IMG/VR virus record: IMGVR_UViG_3300006914_000013
Span: 20,386-84,385 of that record
DNA length: 64,000 nt
Source of the DNA: a virus
Direction: 5' to 3' (one strand)
A program made the position numbers and the translations under genes. Under the pieces are notes generated by a model. It ran no database searches and was not told where the DNA came from. It was given only the letters and a program-made list of their open reading frames with translations. Below are positions 1-9,951 of the stretch, one piece after another. Positions within the stretch are counted from its first letter, which is position 1; every line of letters begins with the position of its first letter.

Positions 1-2
1 AG

Positions 3-2747
3 CTCGCCGCTGGCCAGCAGATCACCATTATGCAAATGGCCTCGCAGGTTTGGGCGGACCTGGTGCGTTCCAAAGGCGGCGCGGGCTTCCTGCAGGAAGA
101 GGCCAAGATGCAGGCCGACGCCCTGCTGCTGAAAATCAAGGCGCTTTCGCTGACCCGCAACAAGGACACCGCCGAGGTCGACATCCGGCTGGCCATCCAG
201 TCGCTGGAAACCGAGAACAAAAAGCTCGGCAAGGCTGCTGTCGACCGCATGCAGCAGATCAAGGACTTCCTGATCGCCGCCGCCGACAAGCTGGACCCGG
301 GGGCCAACAAGAGCCTGCTGGAAACCGGGGTCAAGGAAATCACCAAGGGGCAGGAAATCACCGGCGCCAAGTCGGTGGCCGAGATTGACGCCCGGGTCAA
401 GATCAACAACGAACTGTTTGAGAAGGTCCGCACCAACCCGGATTTCCGCACCAACCTGTTGCAGATGCCGGACACCACCGTGGGCCGTGAGGCGGCGCTG
501 TCCTACACGGAGCCGGGCAGCCAAGGCATTCCGATGGAGGATGTGCTGAACGGCACACAGGAATACAAGGACTTCCTCGATCTGGCCAAGACGTTCAACG
601 ACACCTACCTGAAGCAGATCGAAACCCGTAAAGCCTACGCGGCGGAACTGAAGCGGGGCCAGGCGCTGGGCGATGCCGTGGAGAAAGCCACCACGGAGTT
701 CAACGACTTCAGGACCAACAAGCAGTTTCCTCAAGCCCGCGGGGCGCTGAACGCCAAGATCAACGCACAGATCGCGGTCGAGAATGACAACCTCGCCGAG
801 GCGGAACGCCAGCGCGTGGCCAACCTGTCGAACACGGACATCGACAAAGACAAGACCATTCTCAAGAACGAACTGGACGCCAGGGCGCGCATCGCCAAGC
901 TGGAAATCGAGCGCGCCAAGGAACTGGAGCAGATCAACCGCGAAGAGGCCAAGGTCGAGCTGGGCCGTGGCCAGCGGCAGAAGGCAGGCGAGCAGGCGCG
1001 GCTCAAAGGCACGCTGGACAACGCCACCAACCTGACCCCGCAAGCAGCGATTGACTCGACGATCGACCAGTTCGACAAGGTCAACGCCGAACGGCTGGCC
1101 CTGTTTGAGGAACAACTGCGGCAGCAAGGCACCCTGACTGACCTGTCGGACGCCGAGATTGAGGAAAAGCGCAAGTCGCTGGCCCCGTACAAAGAGCAAG
1201 CGGCCTACCTAGAGCTGGTGTTCCGTCGTGAGCGCCAAGTGCGCGACGACATCGACGCCCAGCTCGCGCTCACCCTGAGCAGCGGCAACTTGATCAATGA
1301 CGCCCGGCTGGAAGACAAGGGCCTGGCCCCCGGGGACCGCACACAGCGCCGCGACTTCCTGCTCAACCAACGCAACCTGCTGCTCGACAAGCGCGACAAC
1401 GCAATCAACACACTGGGCATTGCCCAGGGCAAAGTTCAGGACCTGGTCCCCAAATCCTTGGCCGACCCGGACAACCGGAACGTGGCCGAGTCGCTGCGCG
1501 TGGCGCGGGCGGAAGTCCACGACCTGACAGCGGTGATCGCCGACGCCAACACGGCGCTGGGGCAGACCGGTCTGGAACTGGAGCGCGTCACCGGCACTTG
1601 GGAGACGGGGTTCAAGCGCGCCTTCGACCCGAACGTCATCATGCGCAGCCTGGAACAGTCGGAGTCGTCGTTTGAGCACTTCGGCGAGGTCATCAATGAC
1701 CATGTGGTCGGCGCCATCGAAGGCATCGGCGATGCCTTTGCCGATGCCGTGGTGGAAGGCGAAAGCCTCGGCCACGCCATCGACGATGTGTTCTCGTCGC
1801 TCACCAAAGAGACCATGCGCACGCTGATCAAGACGCTCAGCAACGAGACGATCGGCAGCCTCACCGGCACCCTGTTCGGCAGCAAGGAGCCGGGGCAACA
1901 GGGCCTCTTGCCGAGCCTGTTTGCGCGCTTGGGGCTTGGCGGTGGGGCGAAGAAAGGCGAAGCCACCCACACCACGGCGCAAGCCACCCAGCCGGTGGGC
2001 TTCGTTGACCGGGTGGTCAGCTCGCTGACCTTCGGCAGTTCAGAGGTCGAGAAAGACGGCAGCTGCCTGCCGCCAGAAACCGCCGAGGCGATGAAGAAAG
2101 TCGCCGCTGGCCCGGGGCTGGACAAGCTGGTTGCCGCCGAAGGCAAAGGCTTTTTCGAGGAACTGGGCGGGGGCTTCGTTGGCCTGCTGGACGATGTCAC
2201 TAGTGGTTTCGGCAAGGTGTTCGGCAACCTCGGCGGGCTGCTCGGGCTGGGCAGCTCCAGCGGCGCGGGCCAGGCCACCGGCCTATTCAGCCTCGGCACC
2301 ATGGTGGCTGGCATGTTTGCTGGCGGCGCGGGCGGGGCCGCCACCTACAAGGGTGCCTATGGCTTCGCCGGTGGCGGCATCATTCACGGGCCAGGCACTG
2401 GCACCTCGGACTCGATCCCGGCCTACCTGACCGGCCCGAGCGGCCAGCACACAGAACTGCGCGTGTCCAATGGCGAAGCCATCCTGAACGCCAAGGCCAC
2501 CGCCGCACTGGGCGCGGACTTTATCCACTCGGTGAACAACGGGCGGATGCTCAGCGCCCGCTCCAGCGCGGTGATGACCGATCAAGCCCAGCTGACCGGC
2601 TCGATGCCGGCGGCGCCGGTGTCCACCAACGGCCGCCCCGGCGGCGGTTCGGACATCTACAACGTCCACGTCACCCCGGCGCAGATGCGCATGCGCATGG
2701 GTGACTGGCTGGATCAGCAGATCCTCAACGAGAGGGCCAAGCGATGA
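3..2747 (+). CDS. Tail tape measure protein (5' truncated by the window edge)
   Basis: Frame is open from nt 3. Long Ala/Glu/Lys-rich helical protein with the lambda-type TMP C-terminal motif FAGGGIIHGPGTGTSDSIPA...VSNGEAILNAKAT; tail genes follow. Confidence 0.88.
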   Translation, partial: LAAGQQITIMQMASQVWADLVRSKGGAGFLQEEAKMQADALLLKIKALSLTRNKDTAEVDIRLAIQSLETENKKLGKAAVDRMQQIKDFLIAAADKLDPGANKSLLETGVKEITKGQEITGAKSVAEIDARVKINNELFEKVRTNPDFRTNLLQMPDTTVGREAALSYTEPGSQGIPMEDVLNGTQEYKDFLDLAKTFNDTYLKQIETRKAYAAELKRGQALGDAVEKATTEFNDFRTNKQFPQARGALNAKINAQIAVENDNLAEAERQRVANLSNTDIDKDKTILKNELDARARIAKLEIERAKELEQINREEAKVELGRGQRQKAGEQARLKGTLDNATNLTPQAAIDSTIDQFDKVNAERLALFEEQLRQQGTLTDLSDAEIEEKRKSLAPYKEQAAYLELVFRRERQVRDDIDAQLALTLSSGNLINDARLEDKGLAPGDRTQRRDFLLNQRNLLLDKRDNAINTLGIAQGKVQDLVPKSLADPDNRNVAESLRVARAEVHDLTAVIADANTALGQTGLELERVTGTWETGFKRAFDPNVIMRSLEQSESSFEHFGEVINDHVVGAIEGIGDAFADAVVEGESLGHAIDDVFSSLTKETMRTLIKTLSNETIGSLTGTLFGSKEPGQQGLLPSLFARLGLGGGAKKGEATHTTAQATQPVGFVDRVVSSLTFGSSEVEKDGSCLPPETAEAMKKVAAGPGLDKLVAAEGKGFFEELGGGFVGLLDDVTSGFGKVFGNLGGLLGLGSSSGAGQATGLFSLGTMVAGMFAGGAGGAATYKGAYGFAGGGIIHGPGTGTSDSIPAYLTGPSGQHTELRVSNGEAILNAKATAALGADFIHSVNNGRMLSARSSAVMTDQAQLTGSMPAAPVSTNGRPGGGSDIYNVHVTPAQMRMRMGDWLDQQILNERAKR

Positions 2748-2965
2748 GCCTACACGCTCTGACCGGCACCCTAGTTCGCACGGATGGCAGCTGCGTGATC
2801 GTGTTCACTGGCCCGCCCTTCCGGGCGATCCAGTGGACGCTGGCTGGCTCCGGCACCCTGACCCTGATCAGCGAAGTCACCGACGCCCAGGGCGTTGCGC
2901 TGGCCCGCTACAACCCCGGCACGGCAGGCGACACCCCGACTGTCTCTGTGCATTACGTTCCGTGA
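2744..2965 (+). CDS. Small tail protein, stand-alone Big-1/Ig-like domain
   Basis: ATGA overlap with the TMP stop; IQWTLAGSGTL...TDAQGVALARY resembles the invasin-type Ig motif. Confidence 0.6.
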   Translation: MSLHALTGTLVRTDGSCVIVFTGPPFRAIQWTLAGSGTLTLISEVTDAQGVALARYNPGTAGDTPTVSVHYVP

Positions 2966-2972
2966 GGTGGGT

Positions 2973-3515
2973 ATGCCCCTTTTGACCGCAACGACCAACT
3001 TCACCATCCTCGACGCCAGCCCGGTGATCGAGAGCATTGTCCTGTCGGTGGTGGCCGCCGCTGCGCCGGGTACCGGCAAGGGCCGGATGATCCACCCGAC
3101 GCTGGGCACGCTGGACTACACGCTGGCCCCGCACGAATGGACCAACATGGCCGAGGACGCGATCATCGCGCCGATCTGGACCTCGCAGATGACCCTGTCG
3201 TCGGCGTCCAACACCCTGTGGCCGGGCAGCCTGCGCGACGTGGCACCAGAGGAACGCTGGATTCCCAGCGCTGGCCTGTCGATGCCGCTGGACATGCTCA
3301 AGGCGTTGATTGCCTTCTGGATGAACCCGCCCGATCCGGCGGTGGGGTACATCGAGTGGCACCCCTCCTACGTCACCAGCCTGAAGTTCAGCGTGATCAT
3401 CGTCGGCATAGAGGTCGGGGGTGCGCCCATGACCATGTCCCCGCAATCGGTCGGCACCGACCTGGTGGAATACCCGGTGACGGTCAAACTGCGCATCGTC
3501 GGCAGGGTGGCCTGA
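2973..3515 (+). CDS. Putative distal tail/minor tail protein
   Basis: GAGGTGG RBS before ATG 2973; position just after the TMP; 180 aa. Confidence 0.55.
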   Translation: MPLLTATTNFTILDASPVIESIVLSVVAAAAPGTGKGRMIHPTLGTLDYTLAPHEWTNMAEDAIIAPIWTSQMTLSSASNTLWPGSLRDVAPEERWIPSAGLSMPLDMLKALIAFWMNPPDPAVGYIEWHPSYVTSLKFSVIIVGIEVGGAPMTMSPQSVGTDLVEYPVTVKLRIVGRVA

Positions 3516-3516
3516 C

Positions 3517-4476
3517 ATGGCCCTGCGTCTGCTGGCCGGGCCGTTCCCGATGAAGGACATCGACGGCAACTATGCGCGCTGCTTTCACAAGCCGTCGTGG
3601 TTCGATTCGCTGATGGCGATGGCAGCCGTGACCGTCATTCACAAACCCACCGGCGATTCGCTGCAGAGCGGCACCCTGATTCAGCTCGACGGCTTTACCG
3701 GCGTGCGTAACCCGTCATTGACCGCTTACGACCTCTACTGCCACGACACGCAGAACACCGGCATCGCCGTGGCGTCGGCGGGCTTCACCTACATGGTCAA
3801 GCGCTCCGTGCATCCGGTGACCCTCTACCCCGAGGGGGTGGACATCCCAGACTCCAGTTGGCTGGCCGGTGGTGCTTACTTCCTGGCGGAACGGGTGTTG
3901 TTCATGGGACTGCGCAGTCGTCTGCACAGTGAAACCGGCAGTGGTGCCATCGAAGCCACCCTGCCCACCATGAACGCCGGGGGCATCGGCTACACCTACA
4001 GCCCGGGGCCTGCCGCCGGAACAGTGTTTGTATCGGCGATGGATTCCGCCGTGCTGTACGACCACGTCAACCGGGAAATCGTCAGCTGGCATCGCAAGCT
4101 GGGGTTCGACGCGGCCTACCCGCCGACCTACTCCCCGGCTCTCGGGGTCTGGTTTGTGCTGCGCCAGGAACTTAGCCCCGAGGTGCATCACACCATCAGT
4201 ATTTACGCCGATGAGCCAATGCCCACGTCCCTGTCCGCCCCTGTGGCGCTCGGCATCGTAGGCCAAGGCAGCTCGGTCGAATACCGCACCCGCCTGCTTG
4301 GCGCCAGTGGCGAACCGTGTGCCGGTGTACTGGTGGACTGGTCCAGTACCACGCCGGGGGTGGTGCAGATCGCGCAATCAACCACCGACGTGGACGGCTA
4401 CGCCCGCACCCGGGTGACCCTGCCGATCGGCAGCACCGGCCTTAACTTCAACCTGACCGCAGGGGTGCTGCTCTGA
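3517..4476 (+). CDS. Tail protein with C-terminal Big-1/Ig-like domain
   Basis: C-terminal RLLGASGEPCAGVLVDWS...STTDVDGYARTRV; tightly coupled within the tail operon. Confidence 0.6.
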   Translation: MALRLLAGPFPMKDIDGNYARCFHKPSWFDSLMAMAAVTVIHKPTGDSLQSGTLIQLDGFTGVRNPSLTAYDLYCHDTQNTGIAVASAGFTYMVKRSVHPVTLYPEGVDIPDSSWLAGGAYFLAERVLFMGLRSRLHSETGSGAIEATLPTMNAGGIGYTYSPGPAAGTVFVSAMDSAVLYDHVNREIVSWHRKLGFDAAYPPTYSPALGVWFVLRQELSPEVHHTISIYADEPMPTSLSAPVALGIVGQGSSVEYRTRLLGASGEPCAGVLVDWSSTTPGVVQIAQSTTDVDGYARTRVTLPIGSTGLNFNLTAGVLL

Positions 4477-5612
4477 TGCCCATCAAACAGGTTTTTGAGT
4501 CAGACGTAGCGGTCTACCCGCTAACCCACCGGGCCGTGCCCCGCGTTGGGGTTTTCCCTGGCGACGGTATCAGTTACTTCTGGTACAGCCCCATCGAAAC
4601 AAACTTCACATGCAGCATGTACATCGACTTTTTCCGCGGGCTGTTCACGGTCAAAGACCCGAACTACCCCGGCGAATTTGAGGTGCATCTGTTGTGCGTG
4701 ATGCGCCAGGACGAGTGGCCGAGCTGGAGCGTACAGACGTTGGTGTGGGATGGCCGCTCTGGTGCGTTCAAGGGCATGCGCCAGAACATCACGTCTTTCA
4801 TGATCGCGTTCATGTTTTCCGCCCCTGACGGAACAATCTGGGCCACCAGTCTCTACGACTACGGGTTTTTTAAGGTGGACCCGGTTACATGGTTAATGAC
4901 CATGCACCCGGTGCTGTTCACCGACTTGGGGGCCAACATCGGCAGCATCGGCGGCGCTCCCGGTACCAGCGCCATTGCCATTGACCCCACTCGGGACGTG
5001 GTGATCACCCGCCTGCACGAAAACACTTCGTCACAGTTGTCGGTCTGCCGGCTTTCCAACGGGGACTGGCTGCGCACGATCAACGTGGCCGGCAACATCG
5101 AGTTCTTGTTCATTGCCGAACCGCCGATGGCCTACGCCGTGGAAACCAACGGCAACCTGACCGCCTTCAACTATGAAACCGGCGAAGTGACCGGCGTGCT
5201 GCACACCGGGCTGGTCAGTGGCGGCTTCACCTGGGCCAACACCGCGTTCACCTGGGACCCGTTCATGCGCCGGGTGATGTTCTGCTTCAACTCGCCTGAC
5301 ACCCTACCCGACTGCATTTGCACCACCAAACTCAAAGGCTTCTACCCTGTGGCGTTGCCCGTTGGCATGACCCCGCCGATCCCCCTGCGCTCTCCGCAGA
5401 AGGGCAAGACTGTGCCGGTGCTCAATCGGGTGTATGGCGGCGCGGGTGAAGGGATCGTAGGTCAAGAGCTGACCTACACTGTAGGGAATGATTCAGCGGC
5501 AACCGTGAGCCCTGGCAGGAAAGCCAGCGAGAACAACGGAACCGTGCAAGTCCAACTGGCCGGCGTACTTGCTGGCGCAAATTCCATCGTTAGTGAAACT
5601 TCGGTGCCCTAA
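4476..5612 (+). CDS. Tail protein, probable beta-propeller plus C-terminal Ig-like domain
   Basis: Propeller-like blades (FSAPDGTIW, IAIDPTRD, FTWDPFMRR); C-terminal RVYGGAGEGIVGQELTY...ENNGTVQV. Confidence 0.55.
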   Translation: MPIKQVFESDVAVYPLTHRAVPRVGVFPGDGISYFWYSPIETNFTCSMYIDFFRGLFTVKDPNYPGEFEVHLLCVMRQDEWPSWSVQTLVWDGRSGAFKGMRQNITSFMIAFMFSAPDGTIWATSLYDYGFFKVDPVTWLMTMHPVLFTDLGANIGSIGGAPGTSAIAIDPTRDVVITRLHENTSSQLSVCRLSNGDWLRTINVAGNIEFLFIAEPPMAYAVETNGNLTAFNYETGEVTGVLHTGLVSGGFTWANTAFTWDPFMRRVMFCFNSPDTLPDCICTTKLKGFYPVALPVGMTPPIPLRSPQKGKTVPVLNRVYGGAGEGIVGQELTYTVGNDSAATVSPGRKASENNGTVQVQLAGVLAGANSIVSETSVP

Positions 5613-7093
5613 TGCTTACGGAATTCCCGTACCTGCGCTACCCGAGCGAGGACGTTGTGCGCAACGTCCAGCTGGTGCATTACAAGGCGACCAGCACCAC
5701 CTGGGCGCAACTGGTCGGCGGCACCGCCACCATGTACCAGGACCTAAGCCCCTTTGCCGACAACATCACCCAGTCCGAGACTGGCCTGACCGTGGGCCTG
5801 GTGTTCTATCAGGAACTGTACGGCGTGGCGCAGCCCAAGATCGGCGACTTGATCCAGGTGCGCCTCGACGGCCTGCCGCTGTTCAACGGGCAGATCGAGG
5901 ACTTGTCGGACTACCGCGAGAGCCGTGGCGAGCGCGCCATGTCCCTGACCGTTCGCAGCCGGGACAGCAACAGCCTGTGGCGACAGACCAAGTGGGTCGG
6001 CAACGTCTATCCCGCTGGCAGCGAACTGGGCGTTATTGCCCGGGACGTGCTCACCGCCATCGGCCTGACCACCTCGGAAATCCGTGGCTCGCTGGTGCTG
6101 GGCATCGCAACCGTGCATGGCGACACCCAACTGGCCGACACACCGGCATGGGACATGCTGACCGACATCCTGCAGGTCGCTGGCCTTGAGCCGTGGGTCG
6201 ACGCCTTGGGGCGCTTTAAGCCAATCTCCCGCGACATCGTGCGCCCTGCCGACCTAGTGCTGGAGCCGTACCAACTGCTGCGTATCAGCGGTTCGCGCAA
6301 CAAGACCGCCGTAACCTCCGTGATTCTCAAGTGGCTCGACCCGAACCTGAGCAAGAGCTTGCAGCAGGCTCAGGTGCTGGCTCGCGAGTCGATCACCGCC
6401 GGGTTCTTCAAGCTCAAGCAGGAACGCGAGTTGTACTGGTCGGACGACCGCCGGCAGCGCGCCGACAACACCTGGATGAAGACCATCACCTCGGTCAACG
6501 ACGGCCTGCTGCCGGTCGGCGATGAGGACTACGAACAGAAAAGCGAGTTCAGCGGCGAAATAACCGTGACCAGCAAGGCGTGGGTACCGACCCTAGCCAC
6601 CGCCGCCCTCGCCGCCATGCTGTACGCCGCCACCGACCCGGATGTGGTGCAGGTAGGGCCAACCGGAACCGGCTTCACCATCCCGATCGGGCGGATCGCC
6701 GAGGCCGCCGGGCAGATCGCGTTCTTCCTGATCATCATGTCCCTCGGCACCGGGGTGTATGAGATTTGGGGTGAACCCTACGACTACGTCCACGAAACCA
6801 ACACCACCGAAGCCTACAACGACAGCACGCCAGAATGGATGCGCCTGGAAGAAGGTCTTGACTCGGACTTCGTGATGAACGAAGGCCACGCCCAGCAGAT
6901 CGCCGTGCGCGAACTGCTGTACCGCTCCCTGTCGGCCATCACCTGGAACGTCGACATCATTGACCACCCGGCGCTGGAGCGCGGCGACATCCTGCAACTG
7001 CCGGACGGTTCGCGCCTGTACGTGCTGACGTTCTCCCGCGACCTGACCCGTGGGTCGGCGGCCATGCTCTCGGTACAGGGGTTCCGCGTCTGA
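5612..7093 (+). CDS. Putative baseplate hub/tail tip protein
   Basis: 493 aa with hub-like segments (LFNGQIEDL...LTVRSRD, WVDALGRF, HPALERGDIL); tail operon. Confidence 0.6.
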   Translation: MLTEFPYLRYPSEDVVRNVQLVHYKATSTTWAQLVGGTATMYQDLSPFADNITQSETGLTVGLVFYQELYGVAQPKIGDLIQVRLDGLPLFNGQIEDLSDYRESRGERAMSLTVRSRDSNSLWRQTKWVGNVYPAGSELGVIARDVLTAIGLTTSEIRGSLVLGIATVHGDTQLADTPAWDMLTDILQVAGLEPWVDALGRFKPISRDIVRPADLVLEPYQLLRISGSRNKTAVTSVILKWLDPNLSKSLQQAQVLARESITAGFFKLKQERELYWSDDRRQRADNTWMKTITSVNDGLLPVGDEDYEQKSEFSGEITVTSKAWVPTLATAALAAMLYAATDPDVVQVGPTGTGFTIPIGRIAEAAGQIAFFLIIMSLGTGVYEIWGEPYDYVHETNTTEAYNDSTPEWMRLEEGLDSDFVMNEGHAQQIAVRELLYRSLSAITWNVDIIDHPALERGDILQLPDGSRLYVLTFSRDLTRGSAAMLSVQGFRV

Positions 7094-7605
7094 TGGCCGG
7101 CTTACTGACCTACCTCATTCGTGGCGAAATTGACCAGTCGATCAGGGAGATTGACGGCACCATCCTGACCCGCCCGACCCTGCTGGTGACTGACGGCCTC
7201 GCCCTGACCTACGGCTGCGATGTCGACGTGGGCCTCAAGTCGTTGGACAGCAACACCGGCGATGAAGTGGTGGCACCGCTGCGCAACGTGGCGATCGCGG
7301 CCAACAGCCGGGATCTGATCTACGCCGACGCCGGCACCGCCGTGCGCCTGCGCCGTTCGGAAACCGGGCGCTGGGAAGTCACTGGCCTGTCGAAGCGCCG
7401 CCCCGGTTCGTACACCCGCACCCCGGTTCACATTCCCGACCCTAGCTTTGGCCCGATTGCCTACGACCTCGGCACCACCGTCGATGTCGGCCTGGTCGCC
7501 CGCGCCCTGACCTATGACGAACTCGCCAGCTTCGGCGGCTACGGCGTTGTGCCTTACGGCGCGACAGGGATTTTCCGTGGCGGCGTCCTGATCGAACTGA
7601 GGTAA
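7093..7605 (+). CDS. Tail/baseplate protein
   Basis: TGATG coupling; beta-rich 170 aa in the tail operon. Confidence 0.55.
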   Translation: MAGLLTYLIRGEIDQSIREIDGTILTRPTLLVTDGLALTYGCDVDVGLKSLDSNTGDEVVAPLRNVAIAANSRDLIYADAGTAVRLRRSETGRWEVTGLSKRRPGSYTRTPVHIPDPSFGPIAYDLGTTVDVGLVARALTYDELASFGGYGVVPYGATGIFRGGVLIELR

Positions 7606-7607
7606 GC

Positions 7608-9950
7608 ATGACTATTACATTGCAGCGCCTTGCGACCACCGGGGAAACGGCCTACATCCCCAAACACAACGCCAACTATGACGCGATCGAAGCCGCGATC
7701 AACGTGATGTCCGGCACGGTCGACACGTTGAGCAGCGCGGCGGCCAGTCCGACCAACCTGTTCAACATCGGCAAGGCGATGTTCGGCCCGATCGCCGTGG
7801 CGCTGGTCGGCGAGACTTCATTCGCCGAAAGCACGTCAGGCACCAACCTGACCTTGCAGCCGGGCTTCTTTTGGAGTGCCAGCGCCGCGCAGATGGCGTA
7901 CAAGTCGACCACCACGGTGATTCCGTTCAGTGGCGCCGCCGCCGGTACCTATTACATTCGCATGGGCATCGACGGCATTCCGTACCGCGACACCAGCAGC
8001 GCCGCCGCACTGTACTCGGTGGTGTGGTCCGGCACGGCGTTCACTTCGGTCAACAAGCTGGCCACCTATGCCCCGGGCTACCAGGATCTGCTCGACCTGC
8101 TCAGCAGTGGCTACTCGGGTCTGACCTACGCCAGCCCGGACAAGCGGATCGAAGCCACGGAAAAGGCCTTTAGCGCCCTGCTGAGCAAGAGCATCACCAC
8201 CGCCGACGTGACCTTGACCACCGCCGAAGCCATGGAACAGGGGGTGATCCGCCTGAGCGGCACGCCAACGGCGGCACGCAACCTGATCGTGCCGGCGAAG
8301 GCCAAGGTTTATTTCATCGACAACGATACGGCTGGCGCGTTTGCCGTGACGGTTAAGACCCCGTCCGGTACCGGTGTGGCTCTGCCGTCCGGCACCAACG
8401 GCGCGCTGTTCTGCGACGGGGTCAACGTGGTGTCGATCGCCTCGGGCACTGGCGGCGGTGGCGGTGCCTCGGCCTTCACCGGGTTGTCCGACGTACCGGC
8501 CAGCTACTCCGGCCAGGCCAACAAAATGGTCAAGGTCAAGGCTGACGAATCCGGCCTGGAGTTCTCCACCGGCGCCGCTCCCACAGTGTTTACCGGGCTT
8601 ACCGACGCCCCCGCGAGCTACACCGGGCAGGCAGGCAAGGTGCCGGTGGTCAACCTGGCAGAGACTGGCCTTGAGTTCGGCAGCCCGGTGTCCAGCTACC
8701 TGGCCCTGTCCGACACCCCGAACGCCTACACCGGCCAGGCGTTTCGCGTGGTGTCGGTCAAGGGCGATGAGTCCGGGCTGGAATTCAGCGCCGCCGCCGC
8801 ACCGTCGACCCTGCTCGCCCTGTCCGACACCCCTGACACCTACGCCAGCCAGGCGCTGAAAGTGCTGCGGGTCAACGCCGCCGGCACCGGGGTCGAGTTT
8901 GCGATCGGCAGCGGCCCGGCGAACTTCCTGGAACTGCCGGACGCCCCCGACACCTACGCCAGTCAGGCGCTGAAGTTCGTCCGGGTCAATGCGGCGGCGA
9001 CAGGGTTGGAGTTCGCCCCTCTGGCTACCACCACCCTGCTCGCCCTGACCGACACGCCAGATACCTACGCCGGTTCCGCCTTCAAGGTGATCACGGTCAA
9101 GGGGGATGAGAGCGGCATCGAGTTCTCGGCAGCAGCCACCCCCACAAGTTTCATTGGGCTCACGGACGCGCCCACCAGTTACACCAGCCAAGGCGGCAAG
9201 ACGGTCAAGGTCAAGTCGGATGCCTCGGGCCTGGAGTTCGTCACGGTGCCGGCGGGCATCACTGCATTTACCGGCTTGAGCGATGTGCCAGCGAACTACA
9301 CCGGCGCGGGCGGCAAGAAGGTCAAGGTCAAGGCCGATGCCTCGGGCCTGGAGTTCGTCACCGACACGTCCGGCGCGACCGCCTTCACCGGCCTGAGCGA
9401 CGTGCCTGCCAACTACACCGGCGCCGCCAACAAGAAGGTCCGGGTCAACTCGGCAGGGACCGGCTTAGAGTTCGTCACCGACACCACTGGCGCCACGGCG
9501 TTTGTCGGCCTGTCTGACGTACCGGCCAGCTTCTCCGGGCAGGCGCTGAAAGGCGTGCGAGTCAACGCAGCAGCCAACGCGCTGGAGTTCTATGACGAAC
9601 CGGTGGTGATCGGTGTGGCGTGGAACGGTGTGCCGGCAGCCAACCAGGTGCTCGGCCTGTTCACCGCGCCGTATGCCATCGACTTCGCCGCCGCCATGGC
9701 CGGCTCCAGCGGGATCGCCCTGGTCGCGGCCACCGCGCAGACCGACATCACCGTCAACAAGATCGCCGCCAGCGGCCACGGCGTCACGGCAGTGGGCACC
9801 GTGCGCTTCGCCGCAGCCGGTGCGGCGCCGACCTTTATCGCCGCTTCGGCGTTCAGCCTGGCGGTTGGTGACGCCTTGCAATTCAAGGCCCCGGGCACGG
9901 CCGACGCCACGCTCGCGGACTTTTCATTCTCTGTCGTAGGGGTGCGCTGA
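7608..9950 (+). CDS. Tail fibre-like protein with ten ~38-aa repeats
   Basis: Gly/Ala/Thr-rich 780 aa; repeats of F(T/L)xL(S/T)DxPxxYxGxAxKxVxVxxxxxGLEF. Confidence 0.8.
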   Translation: MTITLQRLATTGETAYIPKHNANYDAIEAAINVMSGTVDTLSSAAASPTNLFNIGKAMFGPIAVALVGETSFAESTSGTNLTLQPGFFWSASAAQMAYKSTTTVIPFSGAAAGTYYIRMGIDGIPYRDTSSAAALYSVVWSGTAFTSVNKLATYAPGYQDLLDLLSSGYSGLTYASPDKRIEATEKAFSALLSKSITTADVTLTTAEAMEQGVIRLSGTPTAARNLIVPAKAKVYFIDNDTAGAFAVTVKTPSGTGVALPSGTNGALFCDGVNVVSIASGTGGGGGASAFTGLSDVPASYSGQANKMVKVKADESGLEFSTGAAPTVFTGLTDAPASYTGQAGKVPVVNLAETGLEFGSPVSSYLALSDTPNAYTGQAFRVVSVKGDESGLEFSAAAAPSTLLALSDTPDTYASQALKVLRVNAAGTGVEFAIGSGPANFLELPDAPDTYASQALKFVRVNAAATGLEFAPLATTTLLALTDTPDTYAGSAFKVITVKGDESGIEFSAAATPTSFIGLTDAPTSYTSQGGKTVKVKSDASGLEFVTVPAGITAFTGLSDVPANYTGAGGKKVKVKADASGLEFVTDTSGATAFTGLSDVPANYTGAANKKVRVNSAGTGLEFVTDTTGATAFVGLSDVPASFSGQALKGVRVNAAANALEFYDEPVVIGVAWNGVPAANQVLGLFTAPYAIDFAAAMAGSSGIALVAATAQTDITVNKIAASGHGVTAVGTVRFAAAGAAPTFIAASAFSLAVGDALQFKAPGTADATLADFSFSVVGVR
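8469..9590 (+). repeat. Ten intragenic ~114-bp repeats encoding the fibre shaft
   Basis: Ten units counted in the translation, from SAFTGLSDVP to ANALEF. Confidence 0.9.
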
Positions 9951-9951
9951 C

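Noticed and set aside
8469-9590. Fibre repeats as a diversity-generating retroelement TR/VR pair
   Set aside because: In-frame coding repeats without adenine-specific differences; no reverse transcriptase in the window.
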